From NCBI GenBank assembly GCA_045543955.1, contig JAZPYB010000023.1, forward strand, positions 65,499-129,498: DNA of 64,000 bases, given 5' to 3'. Position 1 is the stretch's first letter; every line of letters starts with the position of its first letter. Below are positions 20,020-28,754 of this stretch, piece after piece. The notes beneath the pieces were generated by a model. That model saw nothing but the letters and a program-made list of their open reading frames with translations, searched no databases and was not told the origin of the DNA. The DNA comes from Eubacteriales bacterium. Lineage in GTDB: Bacteria; Bacillota; Clostridia; Oscillospirales; CAG-272. Position numbers and translations under genes: made by a program.

Positions 20020-20733
20020 ATGGAGCAAATTTATACAATTCCGGTAAATGAATCATTTGAAGATTGTATGCAAAATGGGTGCGATTGCCCACTTTGCAAA
20101 ATTTATGATAACCTAGAAAATAAAGAGGTAGAAATGGCACTCGGTCCATCTATGATGGAGCCATCAACTCGCCAAATTACAAACGAAAAGGGCTTTTGTC
20201 GTGAGCATTTTAAAATGATGCTTGAAAGGAATAATCGTCTATCTCTTGCGTTGATTTTGGAAAGCCACCTTGATACGGTTAAGGGTAAATTAAATGGCAA
20301 TTTCCTTGATGCTATTTTTGGTGGAAAGGCAAACAAAGCACTCAAGGGCGCTGGAAACGTGCTAGGTAGCTGCTTCATTTGTGAAAGAATTGACAACCAT
20401 TTTGAAAAAATGATAGAAACAACAGTTCTTTTATACGACAAGGACAAGGATTTTAGAGAAAAATTAATAGCTCAAAAATATTTCTGTTTGCCACACTACA
20501 AAATGCTACTAGAATGCGCTCGCGACGAGCTTGACAAAAAGAAATACAGCGCATTTTATAATGATATTTCAGAGATTGAGAATAAGTATTTTGAAAAGCT
20601 AGGCACGGATGTATCTTGGTTTTGCAAAAAATTCGACTATCGCTATGATAATGAGCCTTGGTATGATTCTAAGGATGCGCCGGAAAGGGCAGTAACGTTC
20701 CTTTGTGGTGGTGTAAACAAAAGTGGGCATTGA
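20020..20733 (+). CDS. Cys/His-rich hypothetical protein (DUF6062-like)
   Basis: Two-fold internal pattern: CPLC...FCREHFKMMLE and CFIC...FCLPHYKMLLE. Confidence 0.45.
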   Translation: MEQIYTIPVNESFEDCMQNGCDCPLCKIYDNLENKEVEMALGPSMMEPSTRQITNEKGFCREHFKMMLERNNRLSLALILESHLDTVKGKLNGNFLDAIFGGKANKALKGAGNVLGSCFICERIDNHFEKMIETTVLLYDKDKDFREKLIAQKYFCLPHYKMLLECARDELDKKKYSAFYNDISEIENKYFEKLGTDVSWFCKKFDYRYDNEPWYDSKDAPERAVTFLCGGVNKSGH

Positions 20734-20782
20734 TACAAAGGCACAAACACAGCCGAAATAAAAAAGGGGAGCGCGTCCTCTT

Positions 20783-20818
20783 AAAAAAGCAGATTTCCAT
20801 TTTGGAAATCTGCTTTTA
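20783..20818. terminator. bidirectional terminator
   Basis: gcagatttcc-atttt-ggaaatctgc flanked by an A-run and a T-run. Confidence 0.65.
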
Positions 20819-21727
20819 TATTTTTTCTAATTTTTCAATCAATTTTTTGAAATTGTCTGGCAGCTCACACTCAAATGTAACAATCTCCCGTGTTCTAGGA
20901 TGGGGGAAGGAAAGTACCTTCGCGTGTAAAGCTTGTCCGTCTAAAAGACCGGCATTTGCTTTTTCAAATGGGGTCTTGCCACCACCATAAACGGTATCTC
21001 CTATAATCGTATGTCCAATATGGCTCATATGGACTCTGATTTGGTGGGTTCTTCCGGTTTCAAGCACCATTTTTGCGTATGTAAACGATGGGTACTCGGC
21101 TATAACCTCATAATGAGTAATTGCATCCTTGCCACCCTTTACAACAGCCATTTTCTTTCTGTCAACCGGGTGACGGGCAATCGGCGCATTAACAGTGCCG
21201 CTAGTTTCCTTAAAATGACCTGTAACTATTGCGTGATAAACTCTTTTTATTCCGTGGTCCTTTAAAAGAGAGGAAAGAAAAACGTGTGCCTCATCATTTT
21301 TTGCCACAACTAAAAGTCCACTTGTGTCCTTGTCAATTCTATGCACAATTCCTGGACGAATGACACCATTAATGCCAGAGAGAGAGTCCTTGCAATGATA
21401 GAGAAGTGCGTTTACGAGAGTGCCACTTTCATTTCCGTTTGCAGGATGAACAACCATACCCGAGGGCTTGTTAATAACGATTATATCATCGTCCTCATAA
21501 ACAATATTTAAAGGAATGTTTTCAGGCTCAACCTCTAATTCCTTTGGCTCTGGCTCGTCAATTATGATTTCGTCATTTAAGCGCAAGCGATAGTTTTTAG
21601 CCTCAACCTTGCCATTGACCAAAACACAGCCATCTTCAATCAAAATTTGAGCAGATGAGCGTGTAACTCCAAGCGCTTCTGAAACATAAACGTCAAGTCG
21701 CTTCTTTTGGTCCTCTGCCGAAATCAT
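20816..21727 (-). CDS. rluD: RluA-family 23S rRNA pseudouridine synthase (RluD-like)
   Basis: S4 domain N-terminus plus HRIDKDTSGLL catalytic motif. Confidence 0.85.
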   Translation of the reverse strand: MISAEDQKKRLDVYVSEALGVTRSSAQILIEDGCVLVNGKVEAKNYRLRLNDEIIIDEPEPKELEVEPENIPLNIVYEDDDIIVINKPSGMVVHPANGNESGTLVNALLYHCKDSLSGINGVIRPGIVHRIDKDTSGLLVVAKNDEAHVFLSSLLKDHGIKRVYHAIVTGHFKETSGTVNAPIARHPVDRKKMAVVKGGKDAITHYEVIAEYPSFTYAKMVLETGRTHQIRVHMSHIGHTIIGDTVYGGGKTPFEKANAGLLDGQALHAKVLSFPHPRTREIVTFECELPDNFKKLIEKLEKI

Positions 21728-22305
21728 TTCTTTTCCTCCTCGTCTTCTTCCTTTGAAGGCGTAGTGTCCTCGCTTGCTAAGGAAGATTCATTTTCCTTTG
21801 CTGCCCTTTTCTTTTTTATGCCGTCAGTTACGATAATATCGTAAAGAAGAGTGCAAACCGTTATTGCAGCACCTATGCAAACAAAAGAGTCGGCAACATT
21901 GAAAATAGCATTCCAAATTCCGTAGAAGTCGAACATATCAATAACCTCTCCGTGGAAAAGCTTCTCTCCATAGAAAATACGGTCAATCATATTAGAAAAT
22001 CCACCCGCAAAAATAAAGGAAAGACCAAGCTTCATAATGAGACGGTCCTTTGAAAAGCGGAAAAGATAAATCGCAATAGCGATAAGTGCGATAGGCGAGA
22101 TTATCATAAACACCCATCTTTGTCCCTCTCCGTCAAAAAGACTAAAGGACATACCGGGGTTTGTGATGTATTTGAGACGAAAAAATCCACTTATAATGTT
22201 AACCTCTTCGCCCAGCTCCATAAGGTTGACAACCAATAGCTTTGATATTTGGTCAACAGCTACAATTGCCACCATTACGGAAATAAGAATAATGTTTATT
22301 ACCAT
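21724..22305 (-). CDS. lspA: lipoprotein signal peptidase II
   Basis: NPGMSFS, GGFSNMIDR and FNVADS motifs. 4-nt overlap with rluD. Confidence 0.85.
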   Translation of the reverse strand: MVINIILISVMVAIVAVDQISKLLVVNLMELGEEVNIISGFFRLKYITNPGMSFSLFDGEGQRWVFMIISPIALIAIAIYLFRFSKDRLIMKLGLSFIFAGGFSNMIDRIFYGEKLFHGEVIDMFDFYGIWNAIFNVADSFVCIGAAITVCTLLYDIIVTDGIKKKRAAKENESSLASEDTTPSKEEDEEEKK

Positions 22306-22313
22306 TTTTACTC

Positions 22314-22589
22314 CTACATATAGAATAAAAGCAGGGAGCTAACAACCTCTAAGAGCAAATAAAGCGCCATAAATGAAAGGTCAAGAGGGAATTGGCGCAC
22401 CCAGCTTATGTTATATAGCAAATTTCTGATAGGTACAAGTGGTGGCTCTGTAATCATATGAATAAAGCCATAAAACCTAGATTCCCTAATTGATGGAATC
22501 CACGAGCAAACTGCACGTACCAGCATAAGTAGCTTAAATGCGGAAATTAAAGAATATAAAATCCACGCAATGTATCTAATTATTTCCAT
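22314..22589 (-). CDS. YggT family membrane protein
   Basis: 91 aa, 2 TM segments, follows sepF as in ylm clusters. Confidence 0.7.
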   Translation of the reverse strand: MEIIRYIAWILYSLISAFKLLMLVRAVCSWIPSIRESRFYGFIHMITEPPLVPIRNLLYNISWVRQFPLDLSFMALYLLLEVVSSLLLFYM

Positions 22590-22617
22590 TTTTTATATAT
22601 TTCACAAGGGAAAAGCC

Positions 22618-23010
22618 CTATAATGTGAAGAACTCCTCGTCTTCATCAGCGGTTTCAAATGCCTCACCACTAATGTCAACGTCCTTTGGTGCAATAATAT
22701 ATGAATCATTTGTAGCCTTCTTAATGGAAAGGTCTAGTGCGTATGCAGCGCCGCTTACAAAGTCGATAACTCTATGGTAAACGTCCTTGTCCATATTTTC
22801 GAGATCTAGAAATACGGTTTTACCATTAACTAAGCAGTCAACTGCACTAAGAGATTGTTGGAAGTTTTTCGGCTTGCAGATTTTAATATCTCTTTGACCG
22901 GAAATAGAAACCTCAGGCTCAACCTCGGCCTCCTTTTTTTCCTCGTTCTCATTTTCGTCATCCTCAAAGTTGTCAAACTTTCTTCTTTTGAATATATCAA
23001 AAAATCCCAT
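22618..23010 (-). CDS. sepF: cell division protein SepF
   Basis: Acidic N-terminal linker plus ...VFLDLENMDKDVYHRVIDFVSGAAYAL... core. Confidence 0.8.
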   Translation of the reverse strand: MGFFDIFKRRKFDNFEDDENENEEKKEAEVEPEVSISGQRDIKICKPKNFQQSLSAVDCLVNGKTVFLDLENMDKDVYHRVIDFVSGAAYALDLSIKKATNDSYIIAPKDVDISGEAFETADEDEEFFTL

Positions 23011-23012
23011 TA

Positions 23013-24608
23013 TTATTTCCTTTCTCCAAATATTTTGCTTCCAACCCTGACAAGAGTAGCTCCTGCCTTGATTGCATATTCATAGCTTTCGCTCATTCCC
23101 ATTGATAAAATAGCATTTTCGTCGCTTTCGAAAAGCTTGTCAAAAATTCTTTTAGTTTCACCAAAGTAGCGAAGATATTCTGCCTCTGTGCCACGTGGCG
23201 CCATTGTCATAAGCCCGCGTACGCGAATATTAGAAAACGCTTTTAATTCGTTATAAAAGTCGCATACATTTTCAGGCAAAATTCCACCCTTGCTTTCCTC
23301 ACGGCCGCTGTTAACCTCAATTAAAATGTCCATTACCTTGTCAATTTTCTTTGCACGCTTGTCAATCTCCTCAGCTAAGGAAAGAGAATCAACCGAGTGA
23401 ATAAGGCTGACCTTGTCAATAATGTACTTTACCTTGTTTTTTTGCAATGTTCCTATAAAATGCAGCTCGGCGCTTTTGTCATAGCCCTCGTATTTTTCAA
23501 CCAGCTCATTGACCCTGTTTTCGCCAATAATCTTAACACCCTCTGAAATTAGGTAGTTAATATCGTCTGTGCTTTGAGTTTTGGTTGCAAGGAGCAGAGA
23601 AACTCTTTTTTCGGGGTCAAGCTCCTCAATTCTTTTTTTAACATTTAAATAGTTTTCTTTTAGTTTATTAAATTTATCATTCATTGGATTTTTGCCCTCA
23701 ATAATATCACAAGCATAGCTAAAGGCATCGCATTCGTCAACTAAAATCTTGTGATAATTTTCGTGTCTTGAAAACCAGGTTAGCTGGCGCTTTGCGTAGT
23801 GCCTTGTCGATTTTTTTAGTTCTTCTATACAAGCTTCAAGGGAAGACACGCCCTCAAAATAAGGAATAAACTCCTTGTAGCCAATCGCACCATATGAGGT
23901 GTAGCTCTCCTTTAAAAAGCCACCGTCATATAGCCTTCTTGCCTCGTCTAAAAGCCCGTCGTTTATCATAATGTCAACGCGCTTTTCAATCCTGTCATAT
24001 AGAAGGTCTCTGTCCTTGGCGCACAAAAAGAACACACAAGAGTCGTAGGGTGGCAACACCTTTTTGGATTCCTTGTCAAGCTCGCTTTTTGTTTTGCCGG
24101 TTGCTTTATATATTTCAAGCGCACGAATAACCCTTTTTACATTATTTTTGTGTATAGCCTCAGCACTTTCGGGGTCAATTTCTTGTAGCATTTTGTGTAT
24201 AAAATCAACACCCTTTTCACTGGCTAAATTTTCAAGATAAGCGCGGTATTCTTCATCTCTTGCATTTTCGGAAAATGAAGGAATTTCCAAAACGCTGTCA
24301 AGATAAAGCCCTGTGCCACCACAAAAAATAGGAGTCTTACCTCTTTTTATTATATCATCTATTATATTTTTTGCAAGTATTTGATAGTCCGCGCACGAAA
24401 AATTTTCGTTAGGATTTTTTATATCAATCAAATGATGAGGAATAGATGCAAGCTCCTCTTTGGTTGGCTTTGCGGTTCCAATGTCCATACCCCTGTATAT
24501 TTGCATAGAATCTGCGGAGATAATTTCGCCATTATATTTCTTTGCAAGCTTAATAGCTAAAGCAGTTTTGCCAACAGCCGTCGGCCCTACTATTGCAAAA
24601 ACCTTCAT
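23013..24608 (-). CDS. miaA: fusion protein: tRNA dimethylallyltransferase (MiaA, about aa 1-305) plus YggS/YlmE PLP-homeostasis domain (about aa 312-531)
   Basis: N-terminus GPTAVGKT...ISADSMQIYRGMDIGTAKP. C-terminus LLLATKTQS...HFIGTLQKNKVK...GLMTMAP...SMGMSESYE..I..GAT.VRVGS.IFG. No stop codon between the two parts. Confidence 0.8.
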   Translation of the reverse strand: MKVFAIVGPTAVGKTALAIKLAKKYNGEIISADSMQIYRGMDIGTAKPTKEELASIPHHLIDIKNPNENFSCADYQILAKNIIDDIIKRGKTPIFCGGTGLYLDSVLEIPSFSENARDEEYRAYLENLASEKGVDFIHKMLQEIDPESAEAIHKNNVKRVIRALEIYKATGKTKSELDKESKKVLPPYDSCVFFLCAKDRDLLYDRIEKRVDIMINDGLLDEARRLYDGGFLKESYTSYGAIGYKEFIPYFEGVSSLEACIEELKKSTRHYAKRQLTWFSRHENYHKILVDECDAFSYACDIIEGKNPMNDKFNKLKENYLNVKKRIEELDPEKRVSLLLATKTQSTDDINYLISEGVKIIGENRVNELVEKYEGYDKSAELHFIGTLQKNKVKYIIDKVSLIHSVDSLSLAEEIDKRAKKIDKVMDILIEVNSGREESKGGILPENVCDFYNELKAFSNIRVRGLMTMAPRGTEAEYLRYFGETKRIFDKLFESDENAILSMGMSESYEYAIKAGATLVRVGSKIFGERK

Positions 24609-24690
24609 AGTTATCTCCTTTCAAATAGTTTGCACCTCGCCTAGACGAAGATATGGTGAGCAGAAATTGGTTATGCCGTCATATCAATGC

Positions 24691-25773
24691 CTACTCAATA
24701 AGCATAGCATCGCCAAAAGAAAAGAATCTGTATTTTTTCTTTACTGCGATATCATAAGCTTCCATAATCTTCTCCTTGCCACGCAAAGCACTAACAAGCA
24801 TAAGCAGAGTGCTCTCAGGCAAGTGGAAGTTTGTAATTAATGTGTCAACAGCCTTGAATTTATAGCCTGGGTAAATAAAAATACCCGTGTTGTCGCTGGT
24901 TGGCAAAATCTTGCCATTTTCGTCGCTTGCACTCTCAAGCGTGCGGCACGAGGTCGTTCCTACAGCGATAATTCTGCCACCCCTTGATTTGCGCTCGTTA
25001 ATTATATCGGCGCTTTCCGGGGTAACTAAAATATATTCCGAGTGCATAATATGGTCGGTAATGTTTTCTGCCTTGACGGGCCTAAAGGTACCTAAGCCCA
25101 CGTGGAGCATAACAGGAACAACAGCCACACCCTTTGCTTTGATTTTTTCAAGTAGCTCGGGTGTAAAATGTAGCCCAGCAGTAGGAGCCGCAGCACTACC
25201 GTTTTCCTTTGCATATACGGTTTGGTAGCGGTCCTTGTTTTCTAATTTTTCAGTAATGTAAGGTGGTAATGGCATAGAGCCAATTTTTTCAAGCACCTCA
25301 AAAATATTCGAATACTGGCTTTCATCATATTCAAATTTTACAATTCTGTTTCCGTCCTCAACCGAGTCAACAACAGTCGCCACAAGAGTAGCATCATACT
25401 TGATTTTTCCGCCAATTTTGATTTTCTTGGCAGGGCGCAAAAGCACCTCCCACTCGTTGCCACTTCGTTGCTTTAAGAGTAGGGTTTCAATTTTAGATGG
25501 GGCAGAGACATAAACGCCCTCATCTCGCACCTTTTCTCCATAAATTCTTGCGGGAATAACGCGTGAATCGTTGATAACAAGAGTGTCCTCGGGTCTTAAG
25601 TAGTCAATTATATCATAAAAATGCTTATGCTCAATCTCGCCGTTTTTCTTTATAACCAAAAGGCGCGAGGAGTCGCGTGGCTCAATTGGAGTTTGCGCAA
25701 TCAATTCCTTCGGCAAATCATAATAGAAGTCGCTGGTTTTGAGCGATGTTTTATGTAATGTGTTTTTTATCAT
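24691..25773 (-). CDS. queA: S-adenosylmethionine:tRNA ribosyltransferase-isomerase
   Basis: [27 protein letters not shown] and AVGTTS.R.LES motifs. Confidence 0.9.
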   Translation of the reverse strand: MIKNTLHKTSLKTSDFYYDLPKELIAQTPIEPRDSSRLLVIKKNGEIEHKHFYDIIDYLRPEDTLVINDSRVIPARIYGEKVRDEGVYVSAPSKIETLLLKQRSGNEWEVLLRPAKKIKIGGKIKYDATLVATVVDSVEDGNRIVKFEYDESQYSNIFEVLEKIGSMPLPPYITEKLENKDRYQTVYAKENGSAAAPTAGLHFTPELLEKIKAKGVAVVPVMLHVGLGTFRPVKAENITDHIMHSEYILVTPESADIINERKSRGGRIIAVGTTSCRTLESASDENGKILPTSDNTGIFIYPGYKFKAVDTLITNFHLPESTLLMLVSALRGKEKIMEAYDIAVKKKYRFFSFGDAMLIE

Positions 25774-25872
25774 AATGGTCCTTTAAAGATAACAAAATAT
25801 AAAAAATATCATAATTATATATATTATAAAGCATTTATTTTGCTTTTTCAACAGTTTTGAAAGGATTTTGTT

Positions 25873-26757
25873 ATGTCATACAAGGAAAAAGTATTTTTCG
25901 GCAGTGCGTGTGCACTGGTAACGCCCTTCAAGGACGGAAAAATAGATTATATATCATTCGAAAAGCTGATAGAATTTCAAATAAAAAACGGAACAGATGC
26001 ATTAGTAGTCCTCGGCACAACAGGAGAAGCGCCAACTATTAGCGAGGAGGAAAGAGAAGAGATAGTTAGATTTGCAAAAAAGAAAATTAAAGACCGTGTC
26101 CCACTTATTGTCGGCACAGGTACAAATTCAACTGAAAGTACAATAAGATATTCAAAAAACGCACACTCCCTCGGGGCAAATGCAATTTTGTGTGTAACGC
26201 CATACTATAATAAGCCCACAGAGGACGGACTTGTAGAGCACTATAAAATGGTGGCAAAAAGTGTGGATTTACCAATAATTTTATATAACGTGCCGTCTCG
26301 AACAGGGGTAAGCCTTTCCATCGGCGCTTTAGAAAAGCTACGCAAAATTCCAAATATAGTTGGGGTCAAGGAGGCGAGTGGAAGTGTCGAGCTTTTTAAA
26401 AAGATGTGCAACCTTTTTGGAGAGGACTATTCCTTTTACACAGGAAATGACGACTTGACCTATGAGTCACTTTCGGCAGGTGGAGAGGGCGTAGTTTCTG
26501 TTGTTGCAAATGTTTTACCCGAAAAAATGCACACTCTTTGTGCCTCATATAAGTCGGGCGACAAAGCAACAAGCAAGAGCTTGCAAGCCTATCTAAACGA
26601 GCTAATAAAGGAGCTTTTTAATGAGACCAATCCAATTCCGGTAAAGAAAGCCCTTTCCATGCTTGGAATGTGCGAAAATGAATTGCGCTTACCACTATAC
26701 CCATCAAAAAGAGAGGAAGAAATTAAAAGCATACTTTTAAAATATGAAATTTTGTAA
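25873..26757 (+). CDS. dapA: 4-hydroxy-tetrahydrodipicolinate synthase
   Basis: ALVTPF, GTTGE, YNVPSRTG and VGVKEASG motifs. Confidence 0.9.
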   Translation: MSYKEKVFFGSACALVTPFKDGKIDYISFEKLIEFQIKNGTDALVVLGTTGEAPTISEEEREEIVRFAKKKIKDRVPLIVGTGTNSTESTIRYSKNAHSLGANAILCVTPYYNKPTEDGLVEHYKMVAKSVDLPIILYNVPSRTGVSLSIGALEKLRKIPNIVGVKEASGSVELFKKMCNLFGEDYSFYTGNDDLTYESLSAGGEGVVSVVANVLPEKMHTLCASYKSGDKATSKSLQAYLNELIKELFNETNPIPVKKALSMLGMCENELRLPLYPSKREEEIKSILLKYEIL

Positions 26758-26760
26758 AAG

Positions 26761-26790
26761 AAAAAAGGCGACCAAAAAGTCGCCTTTTAT
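26761..26790. terminator. bidirectional terminator
   Basis: ggcgac-caaaaa-gtcgcc flanked by an A-run and a T-run. Confidence 0.65.
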
Positions 26791-26794
26791 TTAG

Positions 26795-28591
26795 TTATCT
26801 AGAAACAACTAGGAAGGAATATTTGATATCGCCACCGTCAGCTGGTTCAACCTCTTTTACAAAGATTGCATAGTCTTCCCAATAATAGCAGCCTTCGTAT
26901 AAGTCAACATAAAGCTCTGCCTTATCATAGCTTTGTGTGAAGGAAGCAATTTCCTCGCCATCGGTTGTGTAGAATGCATAAGTCATAGACTTGAGCTCAG
27001 CTCTTTCGTTTTCATTTTCAGGCTTTGCATATTTTTCTTGTTCTATTGCAAAGAAGCAACGGTCGTCGCTTACTACCAAATCAATGTCTGTTCCGCCGTT
27101 TTCCTCGCAATCAAGGTCTTCATCAAAGAGCTCCTCAATTTCGCCATTTGGTTTAACAATATAATATGTTGCCTTGTTGTTGTCGTAATCCCACTCACTG
27201 TAGATAACAGAGTCTATTGTTGCGCCTTCAAGCGAGAAGTCTGTATCAGCTGTGTCGGTCAAATCAACAATCTTTTTAAAGTCGGTTATACTGTAGATGC
27301 CCCAATCTGAAGCGATAAAGTTCTTGTTGTAGTCTTCAAGGTCTCCAATTTCGCCAACTACAGCGCCGGTTTCGTCATAAAGTCTAACAAAGTAGTCGCC
27401 TTCAATGATATATCTTGTGTCGGTAACAGAGATAAACTTATATCCACCGTCAGGAATTTCTACCTCTTGAACCTTACCACTGTTTGAAATAAGGATAGGT
27501 GTTGCAAGTGAGTTTATACCGCTATATAAAATCTTGCCATCCTCAATCTTGAACGCATAAGCCATATTGTCTGCGTTTCTGTAAAGACCACAGCCCTCTT
27601 TTTCAAGGTTTTCTGTAGCTGTTGTAATTTCGTCGTCGATTATGTAATCGAACCTAAGCTCCTTGTATGTTTGCTTGTTAACATTGTATAGGTATGTATC
27701 AAGTGCATAGCATACACCGTCCCATACAAAATCATATTCAACCTCAAATGCATCTAGGTAATTGCCAATAGTTGATATAACCTGGACTAAAACGTTACCA
27801 TTGTCAAGCATGCGCCAGTTTGTTTTCTCGGTGGTGTAGTAATCTAAAGAGTTAGGAGTCAATGTTTGAACTGCAACCTGCTCAAAGTCAGAGTTGAAAA
27901 CAAAAATTTTGGCATCACTCTTAAAGCCATCAGGACCATTGGAGTCGTCGGGAGCGTATTCGCCATTTACATCATAATATTCGCCTTTGCTAACAAGTAC
28001 GTAGCCCTCGCCTGCCGGAGTCAACGCGTGAATAATGTCTTCTACCTTTGTTTCCTTTAAATCCTTTACAAGCTCTAATTTGTTTTCCTTGTAGAAATAA
28101 AGAGCGTGGTCATAGATAACAGCATCGTCATCAAGGTTGTAAATAAAGCGAGGTCTTTCGATAATATCTTCAGCCATAACGTCTGATTCCTCGTTGTAAA
28201 TGGTGTATGTTAAAGAGCCATAATCTTTTCCTTCACCAACTGCAAAAAGGTCTTTTTTAGAAAGAATAACACTAACTATAACCTTGTGATCGGTTACATT
28301 CTTTTTGTAAAGCTCATTACCAGAGATTGCATCATAAACACGGTGTGTAACAGTAACAGTGCCGTCCTTGTTTTGCACATCATCTGTTGTGTAGAAGAAT
28401 CTACCGTTTTGATCGCCGTTAAGACCTATATTGAATCCACCCTTGTAGGAATTTTCCTCTAAAGCCTTATAGCTGGTCTTTTCTTCCCTTTGAGTGCTTG
28501 AGATTGCATCTGAAAAGTTGCCACAGGATGTAAGAACAAGTGGTAAGCAGAGCACAAGACAAAGCACGAGCGCTAAAATTTTCTTTTTCAT
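26795..28591 (-). CDS. large lipoprotein, hypothetical
   Basis: MKKKILALVLCLVLCLPLVLTSCG lipobox. About 575 aa acidic, Tyr/Asp-rich mature part. Confidence 0.55.
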   Translation of the reverse strand: MKKKILALVLCLVLCLPLVLTSCGNFSDAISSTQREEKTSYKALEENSYKGGFNIGLNGDQNGRFFYTTDDVQNKDGTVTVTHRVYDAISGNELYKKNVTDHKVIVSVILSKKDLFAVGEGKDYGSLTYTIYNEESDVMAEDIIERPRFIYNLDDDAVIYDHALYFYKENKLELVKDLKETKVEDIIHALTPAGEGYVLVSKGEYYDVNGEYAPDDSNGPDGFKSDAKIFVFNSDFEQVAVQTLTPNSLDYYTTEKTNWRMLDNGNVLVQVISTIGNYLDAFEVEYDFVWDGVCYALDTYLYNVNKQTYKELRFDYIIDDEITTATENLEKEGCGLYRNADNMAYAFKIEDGKILYSGINSLATPILISNSGKVQEVEIPDGGYKFISVTDTRYIIEGDYFVRLYDETGAVVGEIGDLEDYNKNFIASDWGIYSITDFKKIVDLTDTADTDFSLEGATIDSVIYSEWDYDNNKATYYIVKPNGEIEELFDEDLDCEENGGTDIDLVVSDDRCFFAIEQEKYAKPENENERAELKSMTYAFYTTDGEEIASFTQSYDKAELYVDLYEGCYYWEDYAIFVKEVEPADGGDIKYSFLVVSR

Positions 28592-28713
28592 TTTGTTCTC
28601 CTTAAATATAAACAAATTTGTAATTTAATTATAATATAAAACAAAAATATTGTCAATGCTTTTTTAAAAATAGTAATATACAGCATGGGAGCTAGCATCA
28701 TTTTAAAGGCCTT

Positions 28714-28747
28714 TTGCAAAAAGAAAGACGGAAAAATCCGTCTTTCT
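28714..28747 (-). terminator. rho-independent terminator of the EF-G paralogue
   Basis: agaaagacgg-aaaaat-ccgtctttct with a T-run on the minus strand. Confidence 0.65.
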
Positions 28748-28754
28748 AAATACA

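Noticed and set aside
20703-20990. 95-aa + strand ORF overlapping the rluD 3' end
   Set aside because: It overlaps a bidirectional terminator and the well-supported rluD gene. It has no RBS.
25774-25872. Possible lysine (L-box) riboswitch upstream of dapA
   Set aside because: Only about 100 nt of AT-rich spacer is available, which is too short for an L-box (about 180 nt). No conserved L-box helices are recognisable.
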